Assembly (NCBI GenBank): GCA_016715365.1
Contig: JADKAM010000012.1
Coordinates: 34,785 to 98,784 of the forward strand
Direction: 5' to 3'
Source: Chitinophagaceae bacterium
Lineage (GTDB): Bacteria > Bacteroidota > Bacteroidia > Chitinophagales > Chitinophagaceae
Length of the DNA stretch: 64,000 nucleotides
In this document: positions 16,832-26,925 of the stretch, one piece after another
Layout: the number at the start of each line of letters is the position of its first letter
Numbering within the stretch: position 1 is the first letter of the stretch
Notes under the pieces: model-generated
Database searches by the model: none
Seen by the model: only the letters and a program-made list of their open reading frames with translations
Told to the model about the DNA's origin: nothing
Made by a program: the position numbers and the translations under genes

Positions 16832-17065
16832 TTAGTGTCGGATTCTTGGTCGTGGCGGTAGCGGCGGAAGCAATATTGCCGGACCCGGGGGAGCAGGCAA
16901 AACCACAACTCTTGGCGCCGGCAAAGGAGCGTAGCGATGCTTAACTGTTTTGTGGTAATACTGTTTTTTGTGATGTTTGTTGTAATGCTTTTTCTTTTGT
17001 GCCGATATTGAAAGGGTTAATCCTATCATCATCATGCTCAATAGAAATAAGAATTTTGTTTTCAT
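16832..17065 (-). CDS. Small secreted His/Lys-rich, Pro-rich hypothetical protein (77 aa)
   Basis: Signal peptide (MKTK...SISA/Q), own terminator directly downstream, non-overlapping intergenic position. Confidence 0.7.
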   Translation of the reverse strand: MKTKFLFLLSMMMIGLTLSISAQKKKHYNKHHKKQYYHKTVKHRYAPLPAPRVVVLPAPPGPAILLPPLPPRPRIRH

Positions 17066-17205
17066 GCTGTAGATAGTTTTTTATTAAACAATACCTGTAC
17101 TGCAATACAAAGCCAATAATAATGCCAGTATTAATCAGCATATTTTGACCATACAGGTTTAAGGGAGGATTGAAAAGCCGGGATACGAAAATGTGTGAAT
17201 TATAT

Positions 17206-17241
17206 AAAAAAAGCATCCGCCAGCTGGCGGATGCTTTTTTT
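17206..17241. terminator. Terminator of sucC
   Basis: AAAAAAAGCATCCGCC-agct-GGCGGATGCTTTTTTT. Confidence 0.9.
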
Positions 17242-17264
17242 ATATCAGTATTAATTTAAAGAGG

Positions 17265-18476
17265 TCAGGCCACAGCTTTATTTACCAGCTCGGCAGCTTC
17301 GCTCAATTGAATGGCACTTTGAACTTTCAATCCGCTTTCATCAATTAATTTTTTAGCTACATCGGCATTGGTACCCTGCAGCCTTACAATGATGGGGATA
17401 TTGATATTTCCAATTGACTGGTATGCATCAATTACACCCTGTGCAACCCTGTCGCAGCGTACAATACCACCAAAAATATTAATCAGTATTGCTTTTACTT
17501 TAGGGTCTTTTAAAATTATTCTGAAACCGGCTTCAACCGTTTGTGCATTGGCTGTACCGCCTACATCCAAAAAGTTGGCAGGTTCGCCACCACTTAATTT
17601 GATCATATCCATGGTTGCCATCGCCAGGCCGGCTCCGTTTACCATGCAACCTACATTGCCATCCAGTTTTACAAAATTCAGGTTGTATTGTCCGGCTTCC
17701 ACTTCGGTGGGGTCTTCTTCGCTCAGGTCTCTCAGTACTGCAATATCCGGGTGACGCATTAAAGCATTGTCATCAATATTCATTTTACAATCAACAGCAA
17801 TAATTTTATCGTCGCTGGTTTTGAACAAGGGATTTATTTCCAGCATACCACAATCAGACCCTACATATGCTTTGTACAGATCGCTCACAAATTTTACGCA
17901 GTTTTTAAATGCCACACCACTCAATCCTAAATTAAAAGCAATTTTTCTTGCCTGGAACGGCTCCAGGTTACCACCCGGGAAAACCCATTCCTTAAATATT
18001 TTTTCCGGGGTGTCATGCGCTACATCTTCAATATTCATTCCGCCCTCGGTACTGTACATAATTACATTCTGCCCCCTGGTTCTGTCCAGTAAAATAGACA
18101 GATAAAATTCCTTTACCGGGCTTGGCCCTTCATAATACACATCCTGTGCCACTAAAATCTTGCTCACTAATTTACCAGCTTCGCCGGTTTGTATGGTAAC
18201 CAATGTGCCGCCTAAAATATTTTTAGCAATCTGTAAAACGTCTTCAGCATTTTTAGCTACAGCAACACCGCGTTGTTCGGTTCCTGCAATTTTTCCTTTA
18301 CCCCGGCCACCGGCATGTATCTGTGCTTTTATAACAGCAAACTTGCTTCCATACTGGGTATGAATTTGCCTGTAAGCCTGCTCAGCTTCGCCGGGTGTAC
18401 TGCATGGTATACCTTCCTGAACGGGAACATGGTATTTTTTTAAAAGCTCTTTTGCCTGGTATTCGTGAAGATTCAT
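17265..18476 (-). CDS. sucC: Succinyl-CoA synthetase (ADP-forming) beta subunit
   Basis: MNLHEYQAKELL, KAQIHAGGRGKG, GCMVNGAGLAMATMD, NFLDVGG, NIFGGIVRCD. Confidence 0.98.
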   Translation of the reverse strand: MNLHEYQAKELLKKYHVPVQEGIPCSTPGEAEQAYRQIHTQYGSKFAVIKAQIHAGGRGKGKIAGTEQRGVAVAKNAEDVLQIAKNILGGTLVTIQTGEAGKLVSKILVAQDVYYEGPSPVKEFYLSILLDRTRGQNVIMYSTEGGMNIEDVAHDTPEKIFKEWVFPGGNLEPFQARKIAFNLGLSGVAFKNCVKFVSDLYKAYVGSDCGMLEINPLFKTSDDKIIAVDCKMNIDDNALMRHPDIAVLRDLSEEDPTEVEAGQYNLNFVKLDGNVGCMVNGAGLAMATMDMIKLSGGEPANFLDVGGTANAQTVEAGFRIILKDPKVKAILINIFGGIVRCDRVAQGVIDAYQSIGNINIPIIVRLQGTNADVAKKLIDESGLKVQSAIQLSEAAELVNKAVA

Positions 18477-18507
18477 AAAAGAAAAATTTTTGCGAAGATA
18501 AGAAAGT

Positions 18508-18690
18508 GTTTTGAGTTTTGGGTTAGGGGTTTTGAGTTAGGAGTTGGCTGTTGTAAAGTACATATTTAATACGCTTCGATAAAAGCTCAGTAATGGTATG
18601 CGGTACAAGTGAGTGACACAACGATGTTGAAATTTGCACAAATGCCGGTAACCCAAAACCAAAAATACTTAACCCAAAACTCTCAACTTT
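18508..18690. repeat. Inverted pair of heptamer tandem arrays between divergent sucC and PNP
   Basis: (GTTTTGA/GTTAGGG)x6 at 18508-18549 and (TAACCCA/AAACCAA)x6 at 18649-18690. Confidence 0.8.
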
Positions 18691-18710
18691 CCTTTAACAA
18701 TATCTTACCT

Positions 18711-18718
18711 TACCTTTG
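18711..18718 (+). promoter_or_regulatory. Bacteroidota sigma70 -7 box (TAnnTTTG) for PNP
   Basis: TACCTTTG, 21 nt upstream of the ATG. Confidence 0.65.
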
Positions 18719-18739
18719 GCAATCAAAATTGGTTAGTAT

Positions 18740-19552
18740 ATGATGACAAAAATTAACGAAGCTGTTGCGTTTATTAAAAATATTTACAGCGATAAACCGG
18801 CAGTGGGCATAGTTTTGGGCAGTGGGCTGGGTAGTTTTACCACCGAAATAAATATTGAAAAAGAAATTCCCTACGGAGATATTCCTCATTTTCCGGTAAG
18901 TACGGTTGAAGGCCACAGTGGTAAACTGATATTTGGAACACTGGGTGGTAAAAAGATTGTGGCAATGGCAGGCCGGTTTCATTTGTACGAAGGTTATTCA
19001 TCTGACCAGACTGTTTTTCCAATAAGGGTTTTAAAATTCCTGGGTATAGACACTTTGCTGGTGAGTAATGCTGCCGGCGGTGTTAATCCTTCTTTTAAGG
19101 TGGGCGATTTAATGATCATTACTGACCATATCAGTCAGCTGGCACCCAATCCCCTGATAGGCAAAAATTATAAAGAACTGGGGCCAAGGTTTCCGGATAT
19201 GAGTGAGCCTTACAAGAAACAACTGATACAGAAAATGAAGGATATTGCAGCACAAAAAAATATTAAGCTGCAGGAAGGAGTTTATGTAGCTGTTACCGGC
19301 CCCACTTTTGAAACCCGTGCCGAATATAAAATGATACATACACTGGGCGGCGATGCGGTAGGCATGAGTACGGTACAGGAAGTAATTACAGCTGTACACA
19401 TGGGGCTGCCCGTTTTTGCGATGAGCGTGATTACAGATGTAGGTATTCGTGAAGAAGAAAATGTAATAACCCATGAAGAGGTATTACAGGCTGCTAAAGA
19501 AGCGGAACCCAATTTCAAGGCTTTATTTTGCGAACTGATTGCACAATTATAA
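18740..19552 (+). CDS. punA: Purine nucleoside phosphorylase (PNP I/XapA family)
   Basis: GIVLGSGLG, STVEGHSG, GRFHLYEG, SNAAGGVN, GPTFETRAE, VGMSTVQE. Confidence 0.95.
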   Translation: MMTKINEAVAFIKNIYSDKPAVGIVLGSGLGSFTTEINIEKEIPYGDIPHFPVSTVEGHSGKLIFGTLGGKKIVAMAGRFHLYEGYSSDQTVFPIRVLKFLGIDTLLVSNAAGGVNPSFKVGDLMIITDHISQLAPNPLIGKNYKELGPRFPDMSEPYKKQLIQKMKDIAAQKNIKLQEGVYVAVTGPTFETRAEYKMIHTLGGDAVGMSTVQEVITAVHMGLPVFAMSVITDVGIREEENVITHEEVLQAAKEAEPNFKALFCELIAQL

Positions 19553-19560
19553 ATAGATTG

Positions 19561-21567
19561 ATGAAGCAGATTATTGCCCTTATACTATTGGTTTTTTGTT
19601 TTCAGTTTGCTCAGGCACAGCAGCCGGATTTTATCAGGGGTGCAGGCGACAGGATAAAAAGTATTGGCGGTTCAACTTCCGGCGGGGGGAAAGACACCAT
19701 TGGATTTGTGCGCCGGGATGATAAAAAAGATTCTATTTCCATCACGTATAAATATCTCGATTCGATCCGCAGCATACCTTTCGATTCATCCATCAACGAT
19801 TTTGATAAATATTTTACAGTCCCGTCATCTTATATTTACCTGGGCAATAATGGCGCAGCTGCTTATTCCTTAATTTATAAGCCAAATCCCAAACCCGGAT
19901 GGGATGCCGGTTTTCATGCATTTGATATTTACCGGTACACACTCGAAGAATCAAAATTTTATAAAACCAACAGGCCTTTTACTCAACTCAGCTATCAGCT
20001 TGCATCGGGTAAAGAGCAGGTAATCAGGGCACTTCATACGCAAAATCCCAGGCCAAACCTGGGTTTTGGTTTTGATTACAGGCTGATAAGTGCGCCGGGG
20101 TTTTTTACCAATCAAAATACTAACCATAAAAGTTACCGGTTGTTTGGTAATTACCAGGGCAAAAGAAAAAGATATGCTGCATTTGTTATTTTGGTAGGCA
20201 ACACCAATAAAGCTTCTGAAAACGGTGGGATAAAATATGACAGTTCTTTATCTGATCCCAACCTTAAAAAAAGGTTCTCTATTGATGTAAACCTGGGGAA
20301 TGGAAGTAACTCGGAGTTCAATCCATTCAGCACAACAATAACTACCGGCAATGTTTATAAGGACTTTACTTTTTTTGCACGCCAAACCTATGATATAGGG
20401 AAAAAAGATTCCATTGCCATTAACGACTCCACTACCGAATATTTATTTTATCCCAAACTAAGGGTTCAGCATAGTTTTACATACAGCACTTACAATTATT
20501 TATACAGGGATGACCTGGCAGATTCAGCCATTTACAGAAACTGGTACGATACTGCCGTAAAAGTTGGGAAAGACAGTTTTTATGTAAAAGAAAAATGGTC
20601 GGTGATGAGTAATGATATTACTTTATTGCAGTTTCCCGATACAAAAAACTCCGGACAGTTTATATCGGCCGGTGTAAAATTTGAAAATATTAAAGGAGAG
20701 TCCGTCACCGGAACAAGAAATTTGTACAACTTTATTATTCACGGTGAGTACCGCAATAAAACCCGCAATAAACTATGGGATGTATTGGCCAAAGGAGAAT
20801 TTTATGTGAACGGTTACAATGCCGGTAACTACAGTGCCTACGCAACCATTGCCCGGCATATTAATAATAAGCTGGGCGACATCCGTTTGTTCTTTAAAAA
20901 TGTAAACCGGTCACCTTCTTTTATTTTTGATAATGCTTCGGGCTTTAATTTTAATAACCCGGGCCGCACAAAAAAAGAAAATATCATTTCATTTGGTGCC
21001 GATGCAGCTAACCGCTTCATCAGCCTTGGTTTTAAAAACCATATTATAACCAACCTGGCTTACTTTACTGATTATTACCACACCACACAAAGCGCTAAAG
21101 CCATCAACCTGCTGCAGGTATATGCATCTAAAAAAGTAAAGCTTACCAAAAGGTGGAACCTGTATGCTGATGTTACTTTTCAGCAAACAGATGGCAGTGC
21201 GCCAATAAAAGTTCCGCTGCTTTTTACCAGGACCCGCCTTGCTTACGAAGGGGTATTCTTTAAAAACCTCAACTTAAGTACCGGTATAGAAGCCAGGTAT
21301 TTTACACCGTTTGAATCTTATAATTATTCTCCTGTAATGGGACAATTTACACCACAGGATACATTTAAACTGAAGAACCTGCCGGATATTGCAGCCTTCT
21401 TTCATTTTCGGATTAAATCGTTTTCCGCCTTCATAAGAGCCGAGAATTTGAATACGGTTAGTTTTGCCAATGGCTTTGGCTTTACCAACAATAATTTTGC
21501 TGCGCCACATTATCCTACACAGGGCTTTATCCTGCGATTTGGAATACGCTGGGGTTTTATTAACTAA
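19561..21567 (+). CDS. Putative outer-membrane beta-barrel porin (Bacteroidota 'putative porin' family)
   Basis: Signal peptide, YLGNNGAAAYSL, RPFTQLSY, HTQN, AFIRAENL, terminal LRFGIRWGF. Confidence 0.75.
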   Translation: MKQIIALILLVFCFQFAQAQQPDFIRGAGDRIKSIGGSTSGGGKDTIGFVRRDDKKDSISITYKYLDSIRSIPFDSSINDFDKYFTVPSSYIYLGNNGAAAYSLIYKPNPKPGWDAGFHAFDIYRYTLEESKFYKTNRPFTQLSYQLASGKEQVIRALHTQNPRPNLGFGFDYRLISAPGFFTNQNTNHKSYRLFGNYQGKRKRYAAFVILVGNTNKASENGGIKYDSSLSDPNLKKRFSIDVNLGNGSNSEFNPFSTTITTGNVYKDFTFFARQTYDIGKKDSIAINDSTTEYLFYPKLRVQHSFTYSTYNYLYRDDLADSAIYRNWYDTAVKVGKDSFYVKEKWSVMSNDITLLQFPDTKNSGQFISAGVKFENIKGESVTGTRNLYNFIIHGEYRNKTRNKLWDVLAKGEFYVNGYNAGNYSAYATIARHINNKLGDIRLFFKNVNRSPSFIFDNASGFNFNNPGRTKKENIISFGADAANRFISLGFKNHIITNLAYFTDYYHTTQSAKAINLLQVYASKKVKLTKRWNLYADVTFQQTDGSAPIKVPLLFTRTRLAYEGVFFKNLNLSTGIEARYFTPFESYNYSPVMGQFTPQDTFKLKNLPDIAAFFHFRIKSFSAFIRAENLNTVSFANGFGFTNNNFAAPHYPTQGFILRFGIRWGFIN

Positions 21568-21670
21568 CAGCCAATAAGCAATGAATAACTGGTAATCAGC
21601 CTCTGCAACTAATGATTTTACCCGGTGCTGTTAAATTATTGCCCATTGCAAACTGTCTATTGCTAATTTG
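21566..21670. repeat. Inverted pair of heptamer arrays between porin and the HYC_CC_PP gene
   Basis: AACAGCC AATAAGC AATGAAT... after the stop codon, and TTATTGC CCATTGC...CTATTGC before the TAATTTTG box at 21673-21680. Confidence 0.7.
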
Positions 21671-21688
21671 TTTAATTTTGTGCTGCAG

Positions 21689-22075
21689 ATGAAAAAGATA
21701 TATACCGGCATATTGGCGTTTGTTTACCTGGCAGTTTCTTCAGGAATTGCTTTGGAGCTGCACTATTGCATGGGAGATAAAGCCGGTGTTGATCTGTACG
21801 GAACTTCATCAGACACCTGCGGTAAATGCGGCATGTCGGAGAAAGATACCGGTTGCTGCCATGATGAGTTTAAGTTTTATAAGATAAGCGATTCGCATAA
21901 AACAGTATCAAACGATATTGATCTTACAGCTTCTTCCATAGCCATTATTAATGACTATCCTTTTTACAACTGGCAAATGCCTGATATTACTGCCATCGCT
22001 GCAGTAAACAATCACTCCCCGCCAGATTATACAAAACCTGATGTTTGTATAATGAATGGTGTTTTCAGAATTTAG
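21689..22075 (+). CDS. HYC_CC_PP family protein
   Basis: ELHYCMG, CGKCG, GCCHDE, NHSPP motifs; located upstream of heavy-metal genes. Confidence 0.85.
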   Translation: MKKIYTGILAFVYLAVSSGIALELHYCMGDKAGVDLYGTSSDTCGKCGMSEKDTGCCHDEFKFYKISDSHKTVSNDIDLTASSIAIINDYPFYNWQMPDITAIAAVNNHSPPDYTKPDVCIMNGVFRI

Positions 22076-22166
22076 AATCGATATTGAATTTTTACAGCGG
22101 TAAACTATTGCCGGTGCATTATGCTATGTGCATATTTTATTTATTCAACATCAAAATTTTAATACA

Positions 22167-22730
22167 ATGAAAACAGTATCATTATTTGCTGCAATTATAT
22201 TCAGCCTATTTTCTATCAGCACTTCAACAGCACAAACAGCCAAAACCGAAACCATCAAAGTATGGGGTAACTGCGGCATGTGCAAAACCACCATTGAAAA
22301 AGCTGCCAAAAAAGCCGGGGCAAAAACAGCCAACTGGAATGAAGACAGCAAGGAACTTAAAGTTTCTTACACAGAAAATAAAACATCTTCTGCGAAGATC
22401 CAGGAAGCAATAGCAAAATCGGGTTACGATACACAGGATTTTATAGGCATCAAATCAGCATACGATAATTTACCCGGCTGTTGCAAATACGACAGGAAAG
22501 AAGCAACAGCTTCCGCAGCATCATTTGCCTGCCCGATGAAATGCGAAGGAGATAAAATGTATGATAAGGCCGGCAAATGCCCTTCATGCGGAATGAATTT
22601 AAAAGAGAAAAAAGAACCAGTGAAAATGGAGGCGATGAATATGTACAGTTGCCCCATGCATGCTGATGTAACCAGTGCCAAACCCGGCAAATGTTCTAGT
22701 TGTGGTATGGATCTTAAACAAAAACAATAA
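22167..22730 (+). CDS. Secreted heavy-metal-associated (HMA) protein with two C-terminal CPM(H)-type metal-binding domains
   Basis: Signal peptide, GNCGMCK HMA motif, LPGCCKY, FACPMKCE...GKCPSCGMNL and YSCPMH...GKCSSCGMDL. Confidence 0.88.
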   Translation: MKTVSLFAAIIFSLFSISTSTAQTAKTETIKVWGNCGMCKTTIEKAAKKAGAKTANWNEDSKELKVSYTENKTSSAKIQEAIAKSGYDTQDFIGIKSAYDNLPGCCKYDRKEATASAASFACPMKCEGDKMYDKAGKCPSCGMNLKEKKEPVKMEAMNMYSCPMHADVTSAKPGKCSSCGMDLKQKQ

Positions 22731-22881
22731 GCAATTTTAATTACAAAGCGTACTTAAAATTGCCATCAACAACAGTTGCAGGTAAGTAATGCCTGCAACT
22801 GTATTTACTGTTTTGGATTTATACCCGACCCGGAATGATCTGATAAATATTCAGAACAATGTTATTTTAAACACACATTTT

Positions 22882-25518
22882 ATGAAGCCTCTACAATTTG
22901 TATTGGTACTCTTCCTGGTTTTTGCAGGGATGGTATCTAATGCTCAAAATAAAAACTTAGCCACAGGCGACACGGCCATATCTTTTAAAGTGCATGGCGT
23001 TTGTGAGCAATGCAAAGACCGGATTGAAAATGCATTGAAGGTAAAAGGGGTGAGGTCTGCCGTGTGGGATATGGAATCTCAGCAACTTTCGCTGGTATAT
23101 AATCCTGCAAAAATATCGCTTGATAAAATTGAGAACAGGATCGTTGCTGTTGGCCATGATATTGAAAATAAAAAAGCAAAAATCGGGGTGTACAGTGCCT
23201 TACCTAAATGCTGCCTTTACCGTGATATGGAGACGGCAAAAAATGAAATGATAAAGGATACCGTGTTGGGCCAGTTGCCGGAGATAAATTATACCATTGA
23301 TTCTTCAGTTAAAACCATGCAGCGTAGCAACGAAGCCGGGGTAATACTGATCAAGGGCATTGTTTTGGAAGATGATAATAAGGGTAAATTTAAACCACTT
23401 TCCAATGCAAGTGTTTACTGGCTTGGAAATGCAGCGGGTACAGTAACTGACAGCACAGGCTTGTTCAGCATTGTGCAGGACAGCAGCAACCACAACCTGG
23501 TGGTAAGCTATACCGGTTACAAGCCGGATACTTTAAATGTGCATGAAAGCACATCGTTAAAGGTTGTGCTTGCATCAAATAAACAGTTAAAAGAAGTGAC
23601 TGTGAGTTCAAGGTTGAAAACAACTTATGTAAATAATTACAGCCCCATAAGAACTGAGACCATGTTGGGTACAGAATTATTAAAAGCGGCCTGCTGTAAC
23701 CTCAGCGAAAGTTTTGAAACCAATCCCTCGGTGGATGTTTCCTATAATGATGCGGTTACAGGCTCAAAACAAATTCAGTTGCTGGGGTTAAGCGGAAATT
23801 ACACACAGCTTACGGTTGAAAACCTGCCCGGCCCCCGTGGCATTGCAACGCCGCTGGGTTTAAATTCCATTGCAGGTCCGTGGATAGAATCTATACAATT
23901 AACCAAGGGCGTAGGCTCTGTTGCCAATGGTTATGAAAGTATTGCTGGACAGATCAACGTAGAATTAAAGAAACCCGAGAACAGCGAAAAGTTATTGGCA
24001 AACCTGTATGTGAATGATTTTGGTAAGACTGATCTTAACCTGAATCTTGCAAAAAAGATCAGCAATAAATGGTCGGTTGGTTTATTGCTGCACGATGATT
24101 TTTTATACAATAAAAAACTTGATTTTAATAAGGATGGTTTTCGTGACCAGCCAACCGGTAACACGTTGAGCCTGGTTAACCGCTATAAGTTTGATAACAG
24201 TAAAGGCGTAATGGTACAGTTTGGCATCAAGGTTTTGCAGGATAGAAAAACAGGCGGTGAAACCCGCTTTGATCCCGAAATGGATAAGAACACTACCAAC
24301 AGTTACGGACTTGGAATTAATACTGAACGATACGAAGGTTTTGCAAAAATCGGATACGTTTTCCCTGAAAAGAAATATAAGAGTATCGGCTTTCAGGCGG
24401 CAGCCATCAGCCATAACCAGGATGCTTATTTTGGATTGACAAAGTACAATGCAAAACAAAAAACGGTGTATGCGAATTTAATTTACCAATCTATCATCAG
24501 CACAACAATACATAAATTCCGCACCGGTTTTAGTTTTGTGTATGATAAGTATGATGAGATTTTTAAAGCGAACAATTATGCAAGAACAGAAGTAGTACCC
24601 GGTGTTTTTGGCGAGTACACATTTACACCCAATGATAAATTCAGTGCGGTAGTAGGTTTACGGGCCGATCATAACAGTTTGTTCGGGTTCTTTGTAACAC
24701 CAAGATTAAACCTCAGGTACGAGCCGGTTAAAGGAACAACCATACGTGCAAGTGTGGGACGAGGCCAGCGCACAGCAAATATTTTTGCAGAGAATACAAG
24801 TGTTTTTGTAAGTGCAAGGCAGGTTAATATCATAACCGTTGCTGCAGGAAAAGCTTATGGACTTGATCCGGAAGTAGCGTGGAATAAAGGAGTGAGTGTT
24901 GATCAGAAATTAAGATTGTTTGGTAATGATGCCTTACTTACTGTTGATTATTTCCGCAATGATTTTACCAACCAGGTGGTGGTGGATGTGGAAGATGCAA
25001 GGGCAGTGAAGTTTTATAATTTATCCGGCAAGTCATATTCCAACAGTTTCCAGGCGGCCTTAAACCTGGAACCATTTAAAAAGTTTGAGATACGCCTGGC
25101 CTACCGGCTTTTTGATGTAAAGACAACTTACAGTGGTAAACTTACAGAGCGTCCTCTCATTTCAAAGAACAGGGCTTTTGCTAACCTGGCTTATGCCATC
25201 AGTGGTTTTAAATTTGATTATACCATTACCTTTAATGGCAGAAAAAGATTGCCCGATACGAAGGCAAATCCTGCCATGTACAGGTTACCTTCATATTCAC
25301 CCGGCTATGTGCTGATGAATACGCAGGTATCAAAAACACTGGGTAAAAAGCATCCGCTGGATATTTATATGGGCGTAGAAAACCTGGCCAACTTTTTTCA
25401 GCAGGATGTTATTGTAGCTGCTGATCAGCCTTTTAATCCTTATTTTGATGCCTCGATGGTTTGGGGGCCGGTAAACGGAAGAATGTTTTATGGAGGTTTG
25501 AGGTACACGATCAAATAA
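22882..25518 (+). CDS. TonB-dependent receptor with N-terminal HMA domain
   Basis: GVCEQCK HMA motif, LPKCCLYR, carboxypeptidase-like regulatory domain, plug (KAACCNLSESFETN...GQINVELK), barrel ending GRMFYGGLRYTIK. Confidence 0.92.
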   Translation: MKPLQFVLVLFLVFAGMVSNAQNKNLATGDTAISFKVHGVCEQCKDRIENALKVKGVRSAVWDMESQQLSLVYNPAKISLDKIENRIVAVGHDIENKKAKIGVYSALPKCCLYRDMETAKNEMIKDTVLGQLPEINYTIDSSVKTMQRSNEAGVILIKGIVLEDDNKGKFKPLSNASVYWLGNAAGTVTDSTGLFSIVQDSSNHNLVVSYTGYKPDTLNVHESTSLKVVLASNKQLKEVTVSSRLKTTYVNNYSPIRTETMLGTELLKAACCNLSESFETNPSVDVSYNDAVTGSKQIQLLGLSGNYTQLTVENLPGPRGIATPLGLNSIAGPWIESIQLTKGVGSVANGYESIAGQINVELKKPENSEKLLANLYVNDFGKTDLNLNLAKKISNKWSVGLLLHDDFLYNKKLDFNKDGFRDQPTGNTLSLVNRYKFDNSKGVMVQFGIKVLQDRKTGGETRFDPEMDKNTTNSYGLGINTERYEGFAKIGYVFPEKKYKSIGFQAAAISHNQDAYFGLTKYNAKQKTVYANLIYQSIISTTIHKFRTGFSFVYDKYDEIFKANNYARTEVVPGVFGEYTFTPNDKFSAVVGLRADHNSLFGFFVTPRLNLRYEPVKGTTIRASVGRGQRTANIFAENTSVFVSARQVNIITVAAGKAYGLDPEVAWNKGVSVDQKLRLFGNDALLTVDYFRNDFTNQVVVDVEDARAVKFYNLSGKSYSNSFQAALNLEPFKKFEIRLAYRLFDVKTTYSGKLTERPLISKNRAFANLAYAISGFKFDYTITFNGRKRLPDTKANPAMYRLPSYSPGYVLMNTQVSKTLGKKHPLDIYMGVENLANFFQQDVIVAADQPFNPYFDASMVWGPVNGRMFYGGLRYTIK

Positions 25519-25578
25519 GAAAATGAAAAAAATATTGATTTTTATATTGTGCTTATTTAAAAAAAAGAACTGTTGTAA

Positions 25579-26058
25579 ATGAAAAATTTATTTTTATCGC
25601 TGATGATCCTGTTGTGTTCATCGGTTGTACATGCACAGCTGAGAATTGGAGAATTGGCCCCGGAAATTGAGTTGATGAGTAAGGAAGACAGCATGGTAAA
25701 ACTTTCATTATTCAATGGTAAAGTGGTGCTGATTGATTTTTGGGCAAGCTGGTGCGGCCCCTGCAGGGCAGCTAATCCTTATATTCAGAAATTGTACAAG
25801 AAATATAAGGATAGTGGTTTTGAAGTATTTGCGGTTTCGCTGGATGTAAATAAGCCGCTTTGGTTAAAGGCCATTAAAAGAGATAAGTTAACCTACATGC
25901 AGGTTATTGATAATAGTGGCTGGCTTTCGAAAGTTGCCGAAAAATATTATATCGATGCTTTGCCAACCAATTTTTTATTAGACAAGTCAGGCAAAATAGT
26001 TGCCATCAATATTGAAGGAAAGGAACTGTTTGATAAAGTAAAAGAACTGCTGCAATAA
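25579..26058 (+). CDS. TlpA family thiol-disulfide reductase
   Basis: VVLIDFWASWCGPCR; signal peptide. Confidence 0.93.
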   Translation: MKNLFLSLMILLCSSVVHAQLRIGELAPEIELMSKEDSMVKLSLFNGKVVLIDFWASWCGPCRAANPYIQKLYKKYKDSGFEVFAVSLDVNKPLWLKAIKRDKLTYMQVIDNSGWLSKVAEKYYIDALPTNFLLDKSGKIVAINIEGKELFDKVKELLQ

Positions 26059-26829
26059 TTACTTTTCGGTTTTAAAACGAAAAGAGCCACCAACGGCAAT
26101 GTACCAATCAGGTGCCGCTTTGCTGATGCCAAAGCCGGATGAAAGATCTATTTTAAAATCAGGATTGATATAATAAGCGATACCGCCATCCAGGCTGTGT
26201 TCCGGATTATTTTTTTTGCTGATAAAACCAAATGCTTCTATATAACCATACCATTTTTTACTTAAATTTATACCGGGTGCAAAAGTATAAATCCAGGTGG
26301 CTTCTTTACTTACACCATCCCATTCTGCACCTACATTATAGCCCAGCCCGATTTTTTTGGTAAGGCTATGCTGCATGGTAAACCTGAAATTGGGAGCCAG
26401 GTGATCTACCTGAAAATAACCGGATGCCAGTTTTGGAATTCCAACATGAAATATCAAAGAAGTTTTCGGGAGTAATTTATTCTCTTCCCATAATGCAATT
26501 TTAGCCCCCACTTCCACAGGCGATAAACCTGTTTCTTTTACTTTGTCAGTTACATGAAAGTAGGTATTTGTTTGTACGGTTGTAATTAATCTCAGTTCAA
26601 TTCTTTTGCTGATACCATATTTACTAAGGAGTGTTGGATGTTGAAATTCATTTTCAAGAGCGTTGGTTGTTTGAACGCTAAAGCCCATTTCAAACTGAAT
26701 CCATTTTTTAGGAACCAAAACGGCACTTTCTGTCTGGTCGGGGCGGTCGGTATCAATTTTTTCAACTTGTGCTAAACTGAAGTTTGTACAGGTAATAAAC
26801 AGTATGGTGATTGCTATGTTTTTAATCAT
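26059..26829 (-). CDS. Outer-membrane 'transporter' (putative MetA-pathway/phenol-degradation beta-barrel family)
   Basis: Signal peptide, IDTDRPDQTES motif, amphipathic strands, terminal GGSFRF. Confidence 0.75.
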   Translation of the reverse strand: MIKNIAITILFITCTNFSLAQVEKIDTDRPDQTESAVLVPKKWIQFEMGFSVQTTNALENEFQHPTLLSKYGISKRIELRLITTVQTNTYFHVTDKVKETGLSPVEVGAKIALWEENKLLPKTSLIFHVGIPKLASGYFQVDHLAPNFRFTMQHSLTKKIGLGYNVGAEWDGVSKEATWIYTFAPGINLSKKWYGYIEAFGFISKKNNPEHSLDGGIAYYINPDFKIDLSSGFGISKAAPDWYIAVGGSFRFKTEK

Positions 26830-26925
26830 GATACTAAAATATAAGTTAGTCTTGTCTAAAAATTAAATTAAAGATAAACAAGTTTATCAAACCCGCAAAT
26901 TGTTTATTAAATAAATATAGGGTGA

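Noticed and set aside
16941-17216. 91-aa minus-strand ORF
   Set aside because: Overlaps the real small gene in another frame, starts inside the sucC terminator, and has non-protein-like composition.
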